A DNA stretch of 50,046 nucleotides from Ignavibacteriales bacterium (GTDB lineage Bacteria; Bacteroidota; Ignavibacteria; UBA10030; BY39), in the NCBI GenBank assembly GCA_037443545.1, contig JBBIOD010000008.1, positions 1 through 50,046 on the forward strand. The letters run 5' to 3'. Made by a program: the position numbers and the translations under genes. Below are positions 49,210 through 50,046 of this stretch, piece after piece. The notes beneath the pieces were generated by a model. It was not told the DNA's origin and made no database searches. It saw nothing but the letters and a program-made list of their open reading frames with translations. How positions within the stretch are numbered: the first letter of the stretch is position 1; each line of letters starts with the position of its first letter.

Positions 49210-50046
49210 AGAATCAACAGAAAGTAACGGACAAGTTAAAATAGGCGTTTATATTTGCCATTGCGGTGTTAATATTTCTGCTACAGTCAATGTTGCTGCT
49301 CTTCGAGAGTTCATTGCGAAACAACCAAACGTAATTATTGCGCGAGATTACAAATTTATGTGTTCAGACCCCGGACAGGACTTGATAAAACAAGATATAA
49401 AAAATCTTGGTGTTAATAGAGTCGTTGTTGCGGCTTGTTCTCCGCTGATGCACGAGCTGACTTTCAGAATTGCTGCGGAAACGGCAGGGCTCAATCGTTA
49501 TCTTGTTCAAATAGCAAATATTAGAGAACACTGTTCTTGGATTCATGACGATAAGGATGCGGCAACCGAAAAAGCGATAGCATTAGTCAACGCTGCTGTT
49601 AAGCGTGTCGCTTTGCATCAGCCGCTGCAAATTACAAAACAGCCCGTAAACAAAAATACACTTATTGTCGGCGGTGGCATTGCCGGAATTCAGGCAGCTC
49701 TCGAAATCGCTAACGCGGGTTATCACGTTTACCTTGTTGAACGCGAGCCAACTATCGGCGGCAAAATGGGGCAGTTCGATAAAACATTTCCGACTTTAGA
49801 TTGCGCTGCTTGTATTCTTACACCTAAAATGGTTTCTGTCGGTCATCGGAAAGATATAACATTGCTTACGTATTCTGAAATTGAAAGTGTATCCGGCTAC
49901 ATCGGGAATTTCAAAGTTAAAGTACGTAAAAAAGCGAGATACGTCGATACCGAAAAATGTACAGGTTGCGGTCAGTGCTGGAGTAATTGTCCGGCTACAC
50001 GTATTCCATCTGGAAGGTCTATCGTGATTGGCGATGAATTAATAAA
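49202..50046 (+). CDS. hdrA: Heterodisulfide reductase subunit A-like, N-terminal part; runs off the window and is absent from the ORF track
   Basis: My translation from ATG 49202 (GGAGG upstream): IGVYICHCG, FMCSDPG, AACSP, NIREHCSW, GGGIAG, DKTFPTLDCAACIL, CTGCGQCWSNCP. Confidence 0.95.
   Translation, partial: MYKESTESNGQVKIGVYICHCGVNISATVNVAALREFIAKQPNVIIARDYKFMCSDPGQDLIKQDIKNLGVNRVVVAACSPLMHELTFRIAAETAGLNRYLVQIANIREHCSWIHDDKDAATEKAIALVNAAVKRVALHQPLQITKQPVNKNTLIVGGGIAGIQAALEIANAGYHVYLVEREPTIGGKMGQFDKTFPTLDCAACILTPKMVSVGHRKDITLLTYSEIESVSGYIGNFKVKVRKKARYVDTEKCTGCGQCWSNCPATRIPSGRSIVIGDELI

Overview
AT-rich chromosomal window from a bacterium whose proteins and gene order point to the Ignavibacteria/Chlorobi side of the Bacteroidota-Chlorobiota group (inferred from protein style and synteny, not from a search). 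It is mostly housekeeping: 2-oxoacid:ferredoxin oxidoreductase (alpha/beta), typA, a prs-rplY-pth-hppA-rpsF-ssb-rpsR-rplI minus-strand block, bioY, cmk-ispH-rpsA-mtaB-truA, a six-gene surface-glycan cluster, nadD, a GH57-CBM20 enzyme, GWxTD-lpxL-waaF, arsM-yciH, tRNA-Arg(CCG), MATE, an Rsb-type partner-switching module, and the start of a hydrogenase protease-hdrC-hdrB-hdrA operon. I saw no integrase, transposase, reverse transcriptase, phage gene or CRISPR array, and I cannot claim a clearly new system. The best leads are non-coding or missing from the ORF track: (i) a partial tRNA-like duplicate with a long hairpin in place of the D-loop, just upstream of tRNA-Arg; (ii) a terminator/anti-terminator pair in the typA leader; (iii) a four-helix-bundle pseudogene with four in-frame stops; (iv) structured leaders before rpsF and rpsA; (v) a probable Na+-pumping PPase inside a ribosomal operon; (vi) a probable Hdr/[NiFe]-hydrogenase complex. 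All RNA structures were folded by eye.
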